A stretch of 64,000 nucleotides of DNA from an uncultured Gemmatimonadaceae bacterium (GTDB lineage Bacteria; Gemmatimonadota; Gemmatimonadetes; Gemmatimonadales; Gemmatimonadaceae). Made by a program: the position numbers and the translations under genes. Where the stretch lies: positions 2,816,001 through 2,880,000 of the forward strand of contig OY970320.1 in NCBI GenBank assembly GCA_963716745.1, in the 5' to 3' direction. The notes under the pieces are model-generated. The model searched no databases and was not told the DNA's origin. It worked only from the letters and a program-made list of their open reading frames with translations. Positions 63,250 to 64,000 of the stretch are shown here, piece after piece; within the stretch, counting starts at the first letter, position 1; the number at the start of each line of letters is the position of its first letter.

Positions 63250-64000
63250 ATGTCCAAGACGAAATTCGAGCGTACGAAGCCGCATGTGAACGTCGGCACC
63301 ATTGGCCACGTCGATCACGGCAAGACGACGCTCACCGCGGCGATCACCTCGATCCAGTCCAAGCAGGGCTTGGCGGATTTCGTGGCCTTCGATCAGATCG
63401 ACAAGGCGCCGGAAGAGCGCGAGCGCGGCATCACGATCGCGACGGCGCACGTGGAGTACTCCACGGCGGCGCGCCACTACGCGCACGTCGACTGCCCGGG
63501 CCACGCCGACTACGTGAAGAACATGATCACGGGCGCCGCGCAGATGGACGGCGCCATTCTCGTCGTGAGCGCGGCCGACGGCCCGATGCCCCAGACGCGC
63601 GAGCACATCCTGCTCGCCCGCCAGGTGAACGTGCCGTTCATTGTCGTGTTCATGAACAAGGTGGACATGGTGGACGATCCGGAACTCCTGGACCTGGTGG
63701 AGCTCGAAGTGCGCGAGTTGCTCAGTGCCTACGAGTATCCCGGCGACGCGATCCCGGTGATCCGGGGCTCGGCCTTGAAGGCGCTCGAGAGTCGGGCGAC
63801 CCCAAGAGCGAGTGGGGCGCGAAGATCGGCGAGCTCATGAACGCACTGGACACCTATATCCCGGTGCCCAAGCGCGAAGTGGACAAGCCGTTCTTGATGC
63901 CCGTCGAAGACGTGTTCTCGATCACGGGCCGCGGCACGGTGGCGACGGGCCGGATCGAGCGCGGCAAGATCGTGGTCGGCGACGAGGTCGCGCTCATCGG
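63250..64000 (+). CDS. tuf: Elongation factor Tu, truncated by the window end; apparent frameshift near 63790
   Basis: [26 protein letters not shown] and NKVD. After removing 2 nt it continues [50 protein letters not shown]. Confidence 0.98.

Noticed and set aside
63780..63840. tuf pseudogene or programmed frameshift
   Set aside because: Sequence is fully conserved on both sides, there is no slippery heptamer, and the same kind of indel occurs throughout the window.

Overview
High-GC bacterial window. The S12/S7/EF-G/EF-Tu sequences, the ECF-sigma/Ser-Thr kinase pair and the many secreted proteins are most consistent with Gemmatimonadota (an inference, not a database result). About 57 kb is a dense, mostly plus-strand patchwork of small accessory genes: VOC, DinB, cupin, GNAT, SRPBCC, NIPSNAP, hydrolases, peptidases, lipoproteins and a TAT-exported GMC/sugar-isomerase cluster. 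It is followed by a split str operon: rpsL-rpsG, terminator, a signal-peptide-bearing glutaminase plus a K+-channel-like gene, a palindromic repeat element, a separate sigma70 promoter with a ~210-nt leader, then fusA-tuf. Roughly 20 genes, including essential tuf, carry 1-2 nt frameshifts, so most breaks are probably long-read consensus errors rather than pseudogenes. The most striking unexplained signal is non-coding. At least five families of short intergenic inverted-repeat elements occur, most with arms built from 7- or 9-nt periodic units. One family has near-identical 27-bp arms around an inner stem that differs in sequence between copies yet keeps its pairing, and two others show strand-specific G:U-type substitutions. 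No tRNA, rRNA, CRISPR array, integrase or transposase was found.
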